From an uncultured Pseudomonadota bacterium (lineage in GTDB: Bacteria; Pseudomonadota; Gammaproteobacteria; Ga0077536), in the NCBI GenBank assembly GCA_913047675.1, contig CAJWTO010000006.1, positions 1 through 50,496 of the forward strand: a stretch of 50,496 nucleotides of DNA. The letters run 5' to 3'. Shown in pieces: positions 1-8,668 of the stretch. The translations under genes were made by a program, and so were the position numbers. Each line of letters opens with the position of its first letter. The first letter of the stretch is position 1. The notes beneath the pieces were generated by a model, which saw only the letters and a list, made by a program, of their open reading frames with translations, searched no databases and had not been told where the DNA came from.

Positions 1-53
1 CTTATAGCATTAGCCAGTTCGACGTGTGTCACTTGAGCCGATCCTTGGTTCAT
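1..53 (-). CDS. tkt: Transketolase, N-terminal fragment (runs off window start)
   Basis: Reverse strand from ATG at 53 reads MNQGSAQVTHVELANAI(R). ELANAIR is the typical transketolase N-terminus, and a GAGAGGGG SD lies upstream. Not in the ORF track because only 17 codons are visible. Confidence 0.75.
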   Translation of the reverse strand, partial: MNQGSAQVTHVELANAI

Positions 54-262
54 CACTTACCCCTCTCATGTAAATTAAATAAACGTTCAATTGAATGCAG
101 TTAGTAGGTTGTCACATCGATTCACTACTATTTTTAACAATTCAAATATTAAGTCTTATATGTGCCGATCTAAAAGTATTTAAGCCGTTTAATTAATTAG
201 CAACGGCATAATAGACTAATCGTAGTAAATTATATCCTCTAATTCTATACTGATATTCCGTC

Positions 263-275
263 TGAAAAAACTTCA
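263..275. promoter_or_regulatory. Candidate MetR (LysR-type) box upstream of metF
   Basis: TGAA-AAAAC-TTCA matches the MetR consensus TGAANN(A/T)NNTTCA, 135 nt upstream of metF. The region is AT-rich, so a chance match is possible. Confidence 0.35.
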
Positions 276-409
276 ATTATTGAGTGGTTTTCCCGCTACG
301 AGACCATGATTCGCACGAATGGGTCAATTAAGGGATAATCGTCATCGTTATTTAATAGAATGAATGTCTAAGAGGCTTTATTCATCAGTTTATGTAATTT
401 AGGCATAAT

Positions 410-1234
410 ATGACCGTACCAATTAGTTTTGAATTTTTCCCTGCGCGAGGTCCCGAGTCTCAAGAAAGACTCTGGAAGACAGCTAGAGCTTTGGCGACTG
501 TTAATCCTGAATTTTTTTCAGTTACCTTTGGTGCTGGTGGCGGCACTCGAGATTTAACGTTTGATACGACCATTAATCTCAGTGAAGAAGCAGACGTTCG
601 AACTGTCCCTCACATTTCGTGTAATGCACTTACAGCAGAGGAGATAGCGGAAATGTTGAATAAATATAAATCTGTAGGTGTGTCGGAGATAGTGGCGTTG
701 AGGGGAGATAATCCATCAGGTTTAGGTGCATCTGGCGAGTTTAAATATGCGAATGAACTAGTTACATTTGTCAAAGATAGGTATGGTGACGACATTAAGA
801 TTAATGTGGCAGCTTACCCTGAAGTGCATCCTCAAGCGGTATCGTCGAGGGACGACCTTCAGCGTTTCAGACATAAGGTTGCATCTGGCGCTGATGCTGC
901 AATTACTCAGTATTTCTATAATGCAGATTCTTATTTTTACTTCGTAGATAGATGTGCAGCAGTTGGGATAGATATCCCGATTATTCCTGGAATTATGCCA
1001 ATTACGAATTATACTAATTTAGAGCGATTTTCAAAGATATGCGGCGCGGAGATTCCCAGGTGGTTAGCTAGGGAGTGTGAAGGCTTGCGAGATGACAAAG
1101 AGGCGCTGGAAGATTTAGGTGTCGAGGTAGTGTCTAAGTTATGTCGTCGGCTAATTTCAGGCGGTGCCCCCAAATTACATTTCTACTCTATGAACCAGGC
1201 CCCGGTGCTTCTGAGGATATGTTCTAATTTGTAA
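410..1234 (+). CDS. metF: 5,10-methylenetetrahydrofolate reductase
   Basis: SFEFFP, SVTFGAGG, ALRGD, AAYPEVHP, AITQYFY, PGIMP and LHFYSMN motifs; 274 aa. Confidence 0.97.
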   Translation: MTVPISFEFFPARGPESQERLWKTARALATVNPEFFSVTFGAGGGTRDLTFDTTINLSEEADVRTVPHISCNALTAEEIAEMLNKYKSVGVSEIVALRGDNPSGLGASGEFKYANELVTFVKDRYGDDIKINVAAYPEVHPQAVSSRDDLQRFRHKVASGADAAITQYFYNADSYFYFVDRCAAVGIDIPIIPGIMPITNYTNLERFSKICGAEIPRWLARECEGLRDDKEALEDLGVEVVSKLCRRLISGGAPKLHFYSMNQAPVLLRICSNL

Positions 1235-1278
1235 TATGAGTTTCAGCTAAATTTGCAAAAACTAAAAGACAAAAAAAA

Positions 1279-1764
1279 TCACCCTGATTTTTTTATCGAT
1301 AGTTTTACAGATTTGCCCAACTCTCCCTTGATTGGCGTCAATACCTGAGTCTCGCATAGAAATTTATAATGTCTAATGAATCTTGGATCGAAATCACAAG
1401 TTTTTCTTTTTTTAATATCAAAGCTTATGGATAGTGTTTCTTGCGTAGCAAGTAAGCGGTCGTCATGATACATCTCTTGGTAGACATGCGCTCGTTTTGA
1501 GTCAAAATCGACAATACGAGTTTCAACTCTCAGTTCATCTCCAAGCATTGCTTCTGAGTGATAGCAAATGTGTGCTTCAAGTGAAACGGTAGAACGTTGT
1601 TCGGTTCTTATGTAGTTAATATCCATACCGATTAAGTCCTTGTATTTGTCGAATCCTTTTTCAAACACAATTAAATAATAGGCAACATTCATGTGTTCGT
1701 TCGAATCAATCCATTTTTTTAAAACTTGGGCCTTAGTGGTGATAATCCCGCTCGCAGGTAGCAT
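1279..1764 (-). CDS. Hotdog-fold acyl-CoA thioesterase (4HBT-like; resembles betainyl-CoA thioesterase domains)
   Basis: WIDSNEHMNVAYY (DxxxHxNxxxY) motif and SLEAHICY; 161 aa. Confidence 0.8.
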   Translation of the reverse strand: MLPASGIITTKAQVLKKWIDSNEHMNVAYYLIVFEKGFDKYKDLIGMDINYIRTEQRSTVSLEAHICYHSEAMLGDELRVETRIVDFDSKRAHVYQEMYHDDRLLATQETLSISFDIKKRKTCDFDPRFIRHYKFLCETQVLTPIKGELGKSVKLSIKKSG

Positions 1765-1824
1765 GATATTTTCCTATTGTTTCTAGTTTTCACAATAATA
1801 CGTTGGCTTAATTTAACGTTGATC

Positions 1825-1853
1825 TTGACAGGCTCTGCATGAACCCCGATGAT
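1825..1853 (+). promoter_or_regulatory. Probable sigma70 promoter for tRNA-Met
   Basis: Perfect TTGACA (1825-1830), 17-nt spacer, GATGAT (1848-1853), about 70 nt before the tRNA. Confidence 0.5.
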
Positions 1854-1925
1854 CTCGGGGTAATTTCCCCTTGCTGTTTAGAAAAAATTATCCGACAAAA
1901 ATCGGGGAAACATTTCTCAGAATTC

Positions 1926-2002
1926 GGCTATGTAGCTCAGCTGGTTAGAGCGCGGCATTCATAATGCTGAGGTCGGTGGTTCAAGTCCACCCATAGCCAC
2001 CA
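1926..2002 (+). tRNA. tRNA-Met (CAT), elongator type
   Basis: 77 nt: GGCTATG/CATAGCC acceptor stem, D arm AGCTCAGCTGGTTAGAGC, anticodon stem CGGCA/TGCTG with loop TTCATAA, T loop GTTCAAGTC, encoded CCA. The G1-C72 pair and lack of a GGG/CCC anticodon stem exclude initiator; the GGCTA start resembles proteobacterial elongator Met rather than Ile2. Confidence 0.95.
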
Positions 2003-2248
2003 AATTATTTACTCATAAATAGCGAAGATCTTCCATTATTATCTCGACATCAGGTACTCTGACCGAAAACGAGGATCCTGTAGCTTTTATACAGCGCTAT
2101 CAAGTATGTTAATAGAGTACAGTGGCATCTAGCGATGACGTGCGAATATTAATTTCACTTCAGACGTTGTAGTGACCTAATATACTATTAAATGATATAC
2201 TCATCATTAATTAAAAAAACCTGTAAAAAGTTATCATAGGAGAGGCAA

Positions 2249-3856
2249 ATGTCGGATAGGGAGATCATTGACGCAGTCATTATAGGTGCGGGAATATCTG
2301 GCATGTACCAGCTTCATAAGTTACGTGATGAACTGGGTTTGGATGTGAAGGTATTTGAAGCGGGCAGTGGAGTAGGTGGGACTTGGTATTGGAATCGTTA
2401 CCCAGGGGCTCGTTTTGATTCCGAAAGTTATAGCTACGGTTACTCGTTTTCGGATGAGTTATTGGAAGAGTGGAATTGGAATGAGCATTTTTCACCCCAA
2501 CCTGACAACTTGAAATATTTAGAATTTGTTGCAGACAAGTTTAATCTGCGTCCTAATATTGAATTCAATACTCGAGTGCTTGCGGCTCACTATGATAATG
2601 ACCGTAATTTGTGGCGGATTACAACAGACGGCGGTCAATCCACTAGTTGTAAATTCCTTATCTCCGCAGTTGGTGTTTTATCTACACCCTTCGTGCCTGA
2701 AATTCCTGGTCTGGAGAATTTTAAAAAGCCCTCCTGGCATACAGCTGAGTGGCCAAGAGAAAATGTTTCTTTAGAAGGTAAACGAGTCGGAGTCATAGGG
2801 ACAGGCGCTACCGCAGTGCAAATGATTACTGAGATCGCGAAAAATGTTGGGCAATTAACTGTTTTTCAAAGGACGGCTAATTTCTGTAAGCCTATAGGTA
2901 ACAGACCGATAACAGAAGAAGAGCAGGTTCAGATAAAGAAAGATTATCCGAAGATCTTCCAACGCTGCAGGGAAACCTTTGGTTCCTTCCTAGCTGACTT
3001 TGAAAAAAAATCGGCTTTTGATGTGACTCCTGAAGAAAGAGAGGCTCGATATGAAGAATTGTGGAACGAGCCTGGTTTTGGCTTCTGGTTAGGTACTTAT
3101 GAAGATATTCTTACAGATCCTAAAGCAAATGAGACTCAAGCGGAATTTGTTAGAAACAAGATCAGGTCTCGAGTCAACGATCCAAAAGTGGCTGAGATGT
3201 TGTGTCCGAAAGGCCACCCATTTGGTACCAAGCGCGTGCCGTTAGAAAATGGCTATTATGAAGTCTACAATCAAGCAAACGTAGAGCTTGTCGATATTAA
3301 AAATACTCCGATAGAAATAGTTACAGAGGGTGGCCTCAGGACCACCGAGCAAGAGTTTGAGTTTGATATATTAATATTAGCTACGGGATTTGATACTGTC
3401 ACCGGGAGTTTGGATCGAATTGATATTCGCGGTCGCGATGGATTAGTGCTTAAGGATAAGTGGTCAGATGGACCTAAAACTTATTTAGGGATGGGTTCCG
3501 TCGGGTTCCCGAATTTATTTACTGTCGTAGGCCCGCACAATGGCGCTACGTTTTGTAATATTCCTCGATGTATTGAGCAGAATGTCGAGTGGGTGAGTGA
3601 TTGTATAAAATACCTGACTGAAAATGACATAAGTCGTATTGAGGTCAACCAAGATGCTGAAGACGAATGGACGGAGCATGTGCAAGAGGTAGTTAAAGGG
3701 ACTCTTTTCCCTGAGGCGGATTCGTGGTTTATGGGGGCAAATATCCCTGGGAAAAAGAGACAGATGTATCTTTATGCTGGGGGCTCTCCACTATATCGAG
3801 AAACATGTGATAGTGTGGCTTCTAACAACTACGAGGGATACACTCTAGAGAAGTAG
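2249..3856 (+). CDS. Type I Baeyer-Villiger monooxygenase (cyclohexanone/phenylacetone monooxygenase family)
   Basis: GAGISG, GGTWYWNRYPG, fingerprint FKKPSWHTAEWP, GTGATA, ATGFD; AGGAGAGG SD. Confidence 0.93.
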   Translation: MSDREIIDAVIIGAGISGMYQLHKLRDELGLDVKVFEAGSGVGGTWYWNRYPGARFDSESYSYGYSFSDELLEEWNWNEHFSPQPDNLKYLEFVADKFNLRPNIEFNTRVLAAHYDNDRNLWRITTDGGQSTSCKFLISAVGVLSTPFVPEIPGLENFKKPSWHTAEWPRENVSLEGKRVGVIGTGATAVQMITEIAKNVGQLTVFQRTANFCKPIGNRPITEEEQVQIKKDYPKIFQRCRETFGSFLADFEKKSAFDVTPEEREARYEELWNEPGFGFWLGTYEDILTDPKANETQAEFVRNKIRSRVNDPKVAEMLCPKGHPFGTKRVPLENGYYEVYNQANVELVDIKNTPIEIVTEGGLRTTEQEFEFDILILATGFDTVTGSLDRIDIRGRDGLVLKDKWSDGPKTYLGMGSVGFPNLFTVVGPHNGATFCNIPRCIEQNVEWVSDCIKYLTENDISRIEVNQDAEDEWTEHVQEVVKGTLFPEADSWFMGANIPGKKRQMYLYAGGSPLYRETCDSVASNNYEGYTLEK

Positions 3857-3899
3857 GTGATCGTAAAATTAGGTTGTTGAGTTAATATCAGGAAGGGAA

Positions 3900-5105
3900 A
3901 TGGAGTCTATTGATCTTTCAGACGATCTGTCTTTTCGAAAAGGCTTTCCTCATGACTACTTCAGTTGGCTAAGGAAAAACAATCCAATCTATTGGCACGA
4001 GCCTACGCATGTTACACCTGACAAGGAAGGCTTCTGGGTAGTCTGTTGCTACGAAGATGTTAACTATGTGCTCCGTAATCCGACAATTTTTTCGTCTGAT
4101 AAAGCGGGAGAACGAGTCGGTGGTGGAACTGGTATTAAGGACGAAAAAACTGCTGGGAAAATATTAAATCAAAGTGATGGAGCGCAACATCGTAGGTTGC
4201 GAGCGCTTGTTCAGAAAGGGTTTACGCTAAAGGCAGTGCAAGAACTAGAAGATGTACTTAGGAACAAGGCGCGAACTATTTTTCGTAAGCTTAAAGTAGG
4301 CGATAAACTAGATTTCGCAGTAAGTATTTCTCCCGAGATTCCGACGCAAGCTATTTGTACCGTGTTGGGTGTCCCAGAAAAAGATAGGAAAGATCTATGT
4401 GAATGGATTGACTTGGGCATAGAAGCCGCCTCGACCTCTGTCATTGCATCTGAATATCTTGCGAAAATCCGTAACTACTCCAAGTCTCTGATTGAAACTA
4501 AGAGAGATCGGCCCACACTAGATATTTTCTCAAGAATCGTGCATGCAGAATTTGAGGAGGATGGCTCTATACTAACTGATTATGAGCTGGGCTCATTTTT
4601 TTCTCTACTGTTTCCTGCGGGTGCCGAAACAACGACTCGTTCAATAAGTGGTGCGATACAGGCTTTCATAGAGAATCCACGCGAGCTAGATAAGCTTAGA
4701 GCAGATAAAACGCTCGTAAAAAGTGCTATTGAAGAAGTGGTCAGATGGACAACGCCTTCCGTTTACAAACGGAGAACTGCTAAGTCGGAGACAGTGATAC
4801 AAGACTGTAGAATCGCAATCGGAGACAAGGTTACTGTTTGGGAAATGTCCGCCAACCGAGATGAACAAGTATTTGATGATCCGTTTTTGTTTAATATTGA
4901 GCGGGATCCGAACAAACATCTTGGATTCGGTGCTGGTGCGCATTTCTGTCTAGGTGCTTCGTTGGCCCGCTTGGAACTAAAGATCGTCTTAGAAGAGTTC
5001 CTGGCGTCAGATGTTTTGTTGAGTATTGACGGTCCTATAGAATGGACGCCGAATAATAGATTGGTTGGGATAAAGCGCCTTCCCGTGAAAGTTGTCAGCC
5101 GATGA
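3900..5105 (+). CDS. Cytochrome P450 (CYP124/125/142-like clan)
   Basis: I-helix AGAETT, EVVR (ExxR), SANRDE and heme motif FGAGAHFCLG. Confidence 0.95.
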   Translation: MESIDLSDDLSFRKGFPHDYFSWLRKNNPIYWHEPTHVTPDKEGFWVVCCYEDVNYVLRNPTIFSSDKAGERVGGGTGIKDEKTAGKILNQSDGAQHRRLRALVQKGFTLKAVQELEDVLRNKARTIFRKLKVGDKLDFAVSISPEIPTQAICTVLGVPEKDRKDLCEWIDLGIEAASTSVIASEYLAKIRNYSKSLIETKRDRPTLDIFSRIVHAEFEEDGSILTDYELGSFFSLLFPAGAETTTRSISGAIQAFIENPRELDKLRADKTLVKSAIEEVVRWTTPSVYKRRTAKSETVIQDCRIAIGDKVTVWEMSANRDEQVFDDPFLFNIERDPNKHLGFGAGAHFCLGASLARLELKIVLEEFLASDVLLSIDGPIEWTPNNRLVGIKRLPVKVVSR

Positions 5106-5113
5106 GCATAAAT

Positions 5114-5575
5114 TTATAGCGGTCCGTAAAAGATATACGCGACGATGAGGGATAGAAGAACGATTGCAGTTAGAGGAATACGCAACGCATTGTACCAATG
5201 AGGGAAATATCCATTTTTAGTCGCAATTGCGTCTACTATGAGTTGCGAAAGAAAACCTACCGATAAAAGTATAGTAGCTACCGTAAGGTTTTTAATAAGA
5301 ATAGTCCCCCAGGCTACTAGGGCGGGAGTCACGCTAATACTCAGATTGGTTTTCAGGCTGGCTGTAAACTCATTTTGGGATAGGTTGTTCATGGCAGCGC
5401 CCCAGTATATTCCGCCTAAAAATGAGAGTATAACTGCCGCGTATAGCATTAATGCTTCTATAAAAAAGCGTTCCTCAAAAAGAATACTAAGAACTGCAAG
5501 AGCCACAAATGGAGACGCACCACCATATCCCAATAGGATTACAATTTGGGGTATCGCGTCTTTTTTATCAGCCAT
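5114..5575 (-). CDS. DUF3429-type small membrane protein
   Basis: LGYGGASPF, YAAVILSFLGGIYWG and WYNALRIPLT motifs; several hydrophobic helices. Confidence 0.8.
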   Translation of the reverse strand: MADKKDAIPQIVILLGYGGASPFVALAVLSILFEERFFIEALMLYAAVILSFLGGIYWGAAMNNLSQNEFTASLKTNLSISVTPALVAWGTILIKNLTVATILLSVGFLSQLIVDAIATKNGYFPHWYNALRIPLTAIVLLSLIVAYIFYGPL

Positions 5576-5581
5576 GCTTTA

Positions 5582-6382
5582 TTATCGGAGCCTATCAATT
5601 AGTTTAGATATGTCATCTAGTTTATGGAGTACTTGCTCCTTCCTATCTTCTGAGACGAAATATACAAAATTTTGATAACCATCGTTGATAGCTTTTTTGC
5701 TCTCTGTTAGGGAGGTCGGAGCATCCATTAGCGACAGAGTGATTTCATTCATATTTCTTCCTTGTTTCTCGCATGCCTGTTTTAGATCTAAGGATGGGAA
5801 ACCTTTATACACATCTCCTCTTGCTAACCAACCATCCGCATACTCTGCTACTCTTTCGGGAACCTTGTTGGAGTTAGAACCTATCCAAATGAGAGGATCA
5901 ATTTTAGGCTTGTCAGGATAGTTGAGTTCATTTTTTTTCTGCCAAATATCTCTCATCTTCAGCACCCGTTGTCTTACAATTTCCCACCGCCTACTAAAAT
6001 TAGACCCGTGATTTTCCATAGCCTCGCGAACAAAACCGCCTGCCACACCTAGTATTAGTCTGTTATTACTAATAGCTTGAAGCGATTCGACCGTTCGAGC
6101 GGTATTTTCCGGATCTCTTTGGGTCAGTAAACAAACGCTAGTACCTAATTTTATTTTACTAGTTACGGCGGCGCAGGCAGCTAAAGTTATAAAAGGGTCG
6201 TAAAACTTGGATAGGCGTTTTATGTCATCAAATTTTTTTATCGTTTTATCTCGATTGATTGGGACATGACTATTCTCTGGCAGAAAAATACAATGAAAAC
6301 CTCTATTCTCAGCTTCCTTAGCAATGAGATGCGGAGGAAAACTCATCGTATGCTTCGTCAAACAAATGGAGAAATTTGTCAT
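5582..6382 (-). CDS. Luciferase-like monooxygenase (LLM) family flavin/F420-type oxidoreductase
   Basis: AENRGF..FLPENSHVP, DPFITLAACAAVTSKIKLGTSV, RLILGV, RVAEYADGW. Confidence 0.85.
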   Translation of the reverse strand: MTNFSICLTKHTMSFPPHLIAKEAENRGFHCIFLPENSHVPINRDKTIKKFDDIKRLSKFYDPFITLAACAAVTSKIKLGTSVCLLTQRDPENTARTVESLQAISNNRLILGVAGGFVREAMENHGSNFSRRWEIVRQRVLKMRDIWQKKNELNYPDKPKIDPLIWIGSNSNKVPERVAEYADGWLARGDVYKGFPSLDLKQACEKQGRNMNEITLSLMDAPTSLTESKKAINDGYQNFVYFVSEDRKEQVLHKLDDISKLIDRLR

Positions 6383-6403
6383 ATATTCTTGCCGACCAAT
6401 TAA

Positions 6404-7531
6404 TTAGTCAAAGGTGATAAGTTGCCTTACTGTTTCACCACTCGCGAGTTTGTCAAATCCCTCATTGACCTGATCAAGTGATAGTTTTTCACTCATTAAA
6501 GAATCAATAGGTAGCGAACCGGCTTCAAATAGTTCGATGTAGCGCGGTATGTCGCGTTTCGGTACGCAGCTTCCTAGATAACTTCCTTTTATAGTTTTTT
6601 CTTCCGCCACTAGACTTAGATGTGATATCGAGAACTGACTGTTTGGATGAGAGAGACCGCTGGAGCATGTCATACCGCCCCGTTTAGTTAGTGAATACGC
6701 TAATTGTAAAGCGTGCTCGGAACCGACACATTCGAATGCGTAATCGCCACCACCATTTGTGACACTTTTTACTTTGTCTATGATTTCAGGATCATCTGCT
6801 TTAAAGACTAAGTCGCAACCTAGCCCACTAGCTAGCTCGAGCTTACTATCCAATAGATCTACTCCGATTGTTTTTGCAGCGCCGGCCGCTTTTGCACCTA
6901 AAAGAGCAGCTAACCCTGTGCCTCCTAGCCCTACGATCACCGCAACTGAGCCCATTTTCATTTCGGCTGTATTTACAACTGCACCTACTCCGGTGATTAC
7001 AGCGCACCCAAAAAGTGCTGCCTGATCTAGTGGGAGATTTTTACTGACCTTGACCAGAGAACATTGCGAAACGACAGCGTATTCGGCAAAACAAGAGACG
7101 CCCACATGATGCGTGACTGGCTTTCCATTTAATGAGATGCGTTGACCTCCACCAAGCAGCGTACCCGCAACATTTGCTTTTGCACCAGGTTCGCATAGCG
7201 CCGGTCTTCCTTCTCCGCATGGAATACAATCCCCGCAACTAGGCACAAAAACAAATACGACATGGTCCTCTACATCTAAATTAGTCACGCCAGGACCAAC
7301 AGATGTCACAACACCCGCGGCTTCGTGGCCAATCACCATAGGCACTGGGCGCGGTCTAGAACCATTTAGCACTGATAAATCTGAGTGACAGAGACCCGCC
7401 GCTGCCACTTTCACTAGTACCTCTCCATCGCCTGGAGCATCTAGCTCTATTTCTTCGATCTTAATTGGTTTCGAGTCTCCATAGGGGGCTGGTGCTCCTA
7501 TAGTATGTAAGACCGCCGCACGACATTTCAT
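6404..7531 (-). CDS. Zn-dependent alcohol dehydrogenase (class III-like MDR)
   Basis: GLCHSD, GHEAAG, structural Zn site CGDCIPC...C, GLGGTG. Confidence 0.93.
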   Translation of the reverse strand: MKCRAAVLHTIGAPAPYGDSKPIKIEEIELDAPGDGEVLVKVAAAGLCHSDLSVLNGSRPRPVPMVIGHEAAGVVTSVGPGVTNLDVEDHVVFVFVPSCGDCIPCGEGRPALCEPGAKANVAGTLLGGGQRISLNGKPVTHHVGVSCFAEYAVVSQCSLVKVSKNLPLDQAALFGCAVITGVGAVVNTAEMKMGSVAVIVGLGGTGLAALLGAKAAGAAKTIGVDLLDSKLELASGLGCDLVFKADDPEIIDKVKSVTNGGGDYAFECVGSEHALQLAYSLTKRGGMTCSSGLSHPNSQFSISHLSLVAEEKTIKGSYLGSCVPKRDIPRYIELFEAGSLPIDSLMSEKLSLDQVNEGFDKLASGETVRQLITFD

Positions 7532-7584
7532 TTATAATTCTCCATTTTTAAGGCAGTTTCAAACATTGATAGGATTGCCGCAGA

Positions 7585-8478
7585 TCAAGTAATAGACGCG
7601 GAATAAATATTTTCGACCGATGCTTGTAACAATGTATTAAATTCGTCGTCGGAGTGATTTACTGTGAGCCCTTCCGTCAGCGCTCTATTGAAGCTTGCAA
7701 TTACGCCATTATTTCGACTGAGTCGTCCGTTAGCCTCTTCGCGAGGATATCCACCAGATAGAGCAACTACTCGTAACACCCTTGGATGACTGGTAAAGTC
7801 TTGGTAGAAATTATCTGTCTCCGGAAGGGTAAGTTTGAGCATGACCTTCTCATTTTCATTTAGTTTATCCAATTCAATTTGAATTTCCTTTTTAAGAATC
7901 GCCTCTATCGCAAGTTTCTCTTGGCTGTGGATGTCGATTTCTGGCTCGACAATCGGTACAAGCCCTGCGGCACTAATTTTTTTAGCTAGCTCGAATTGTT
8001 GTTTTACTACGCCAACAATAGCGGTTTGATTTGGCTTTTTAATTACGGAGCGCATTTTTGTTCCGAAGATCCCTTTTGATTTTGCTTTGAGTAATAAGCT
8101 ATCTAGATCTGGTATTGACTTCATCTGTTGGCAGCCATTTTCTACATCAGCAAGACCCTTATCTACTTTAAGGATTGGCACCACATTCTTTTTACTCCAG
8201 AGATATTCCGCGGTAGATATACCGTCAATATTTTTATCCATAGTATTTTCAAATAGGATAGCAGCTAAAATATGTTCTCCAGAAAAAGCAGGACTTTTCA
8301 TAATTCTAGTTCTCATCTTGTGGACAACCGTAAACATTTCTTCTTCAGTGGACCATGCGTCGTTCCCCACACCATAGATCTCCAATGTTTTTGGTGTACT
8401 TCCACCACTTTGATCAAGTGCTGCAATAAATCCGTTTTCGTTACTTAGTTTTTCTAGTTGTTGGTCAAAATTAGTCAC
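7585..8478 (-). CDS. fda: Fructose-bisphosphate aldolase class I
   Basis: GFIAALDQSGGSTPK, AILFE, LKVDKGL, GTKMRSVI, PIVEPE, VVALSGGY; GTG start. Confidence 0.95.
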   Translation of the reverse strand: MTNFDQQLEKLSNENGFIAALDQSGGSTPKTLEIYGVGNDAWSTEEEMFTVVHKMRTRIMKSPAFSGEHILAAILFENTMDKNIDGISTAEYLWSKKNVVPILKVDKGLADVENGCQQMKSIPDLDSLLLKAKSKGIFGTKMRSVIKKPNQTAIVGVVKQQFELAKKISAAGLVPIVEPEIDIHSQEKLAIEAILKKEIQIELDKLNENEKVMLKLTLPETDNFYQDFTSHPRVLRVVALSGGYPREEANGRLSRNNGVIASFNRALTEGLTVNHSDDEFNTLLQASVENIYSASIT

Positions 8479-8668
8479 TATGGCTCTCTTTGTAAGTTAT
8501 GATATTGAAAATATTCTAACGCAAATCCGAATAAAAATGTGCCAAGAATGTATATATCCTTGGGTTGACGCTGCCTTCATTGCTACTGTTTTGATCAAAA
8601 TTGTCTTTAAGGCGTTAGAATAAGAAACATATTTTGTAGCCGTCTCCCTTAGGATGAGATATGAGACT

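Noticed and set aside
54-409. SAM/SAH riboswitch upstream of metF (hairpin GCCGTT...AACGGC near 184-207)
   Set aside because: No SAH, SAM-II, SAM-V or SAM-SAH consensus could be matched; only an isolated hairpin in AT-rich sequence.
1926-2248. tRNA-Met as integration site of a genomic island
   Set aside because: No integrase or transposase, I found no repeat of the tRNA 3' end by eye, and housekeeping genes (fda, ampG) lie downstream.
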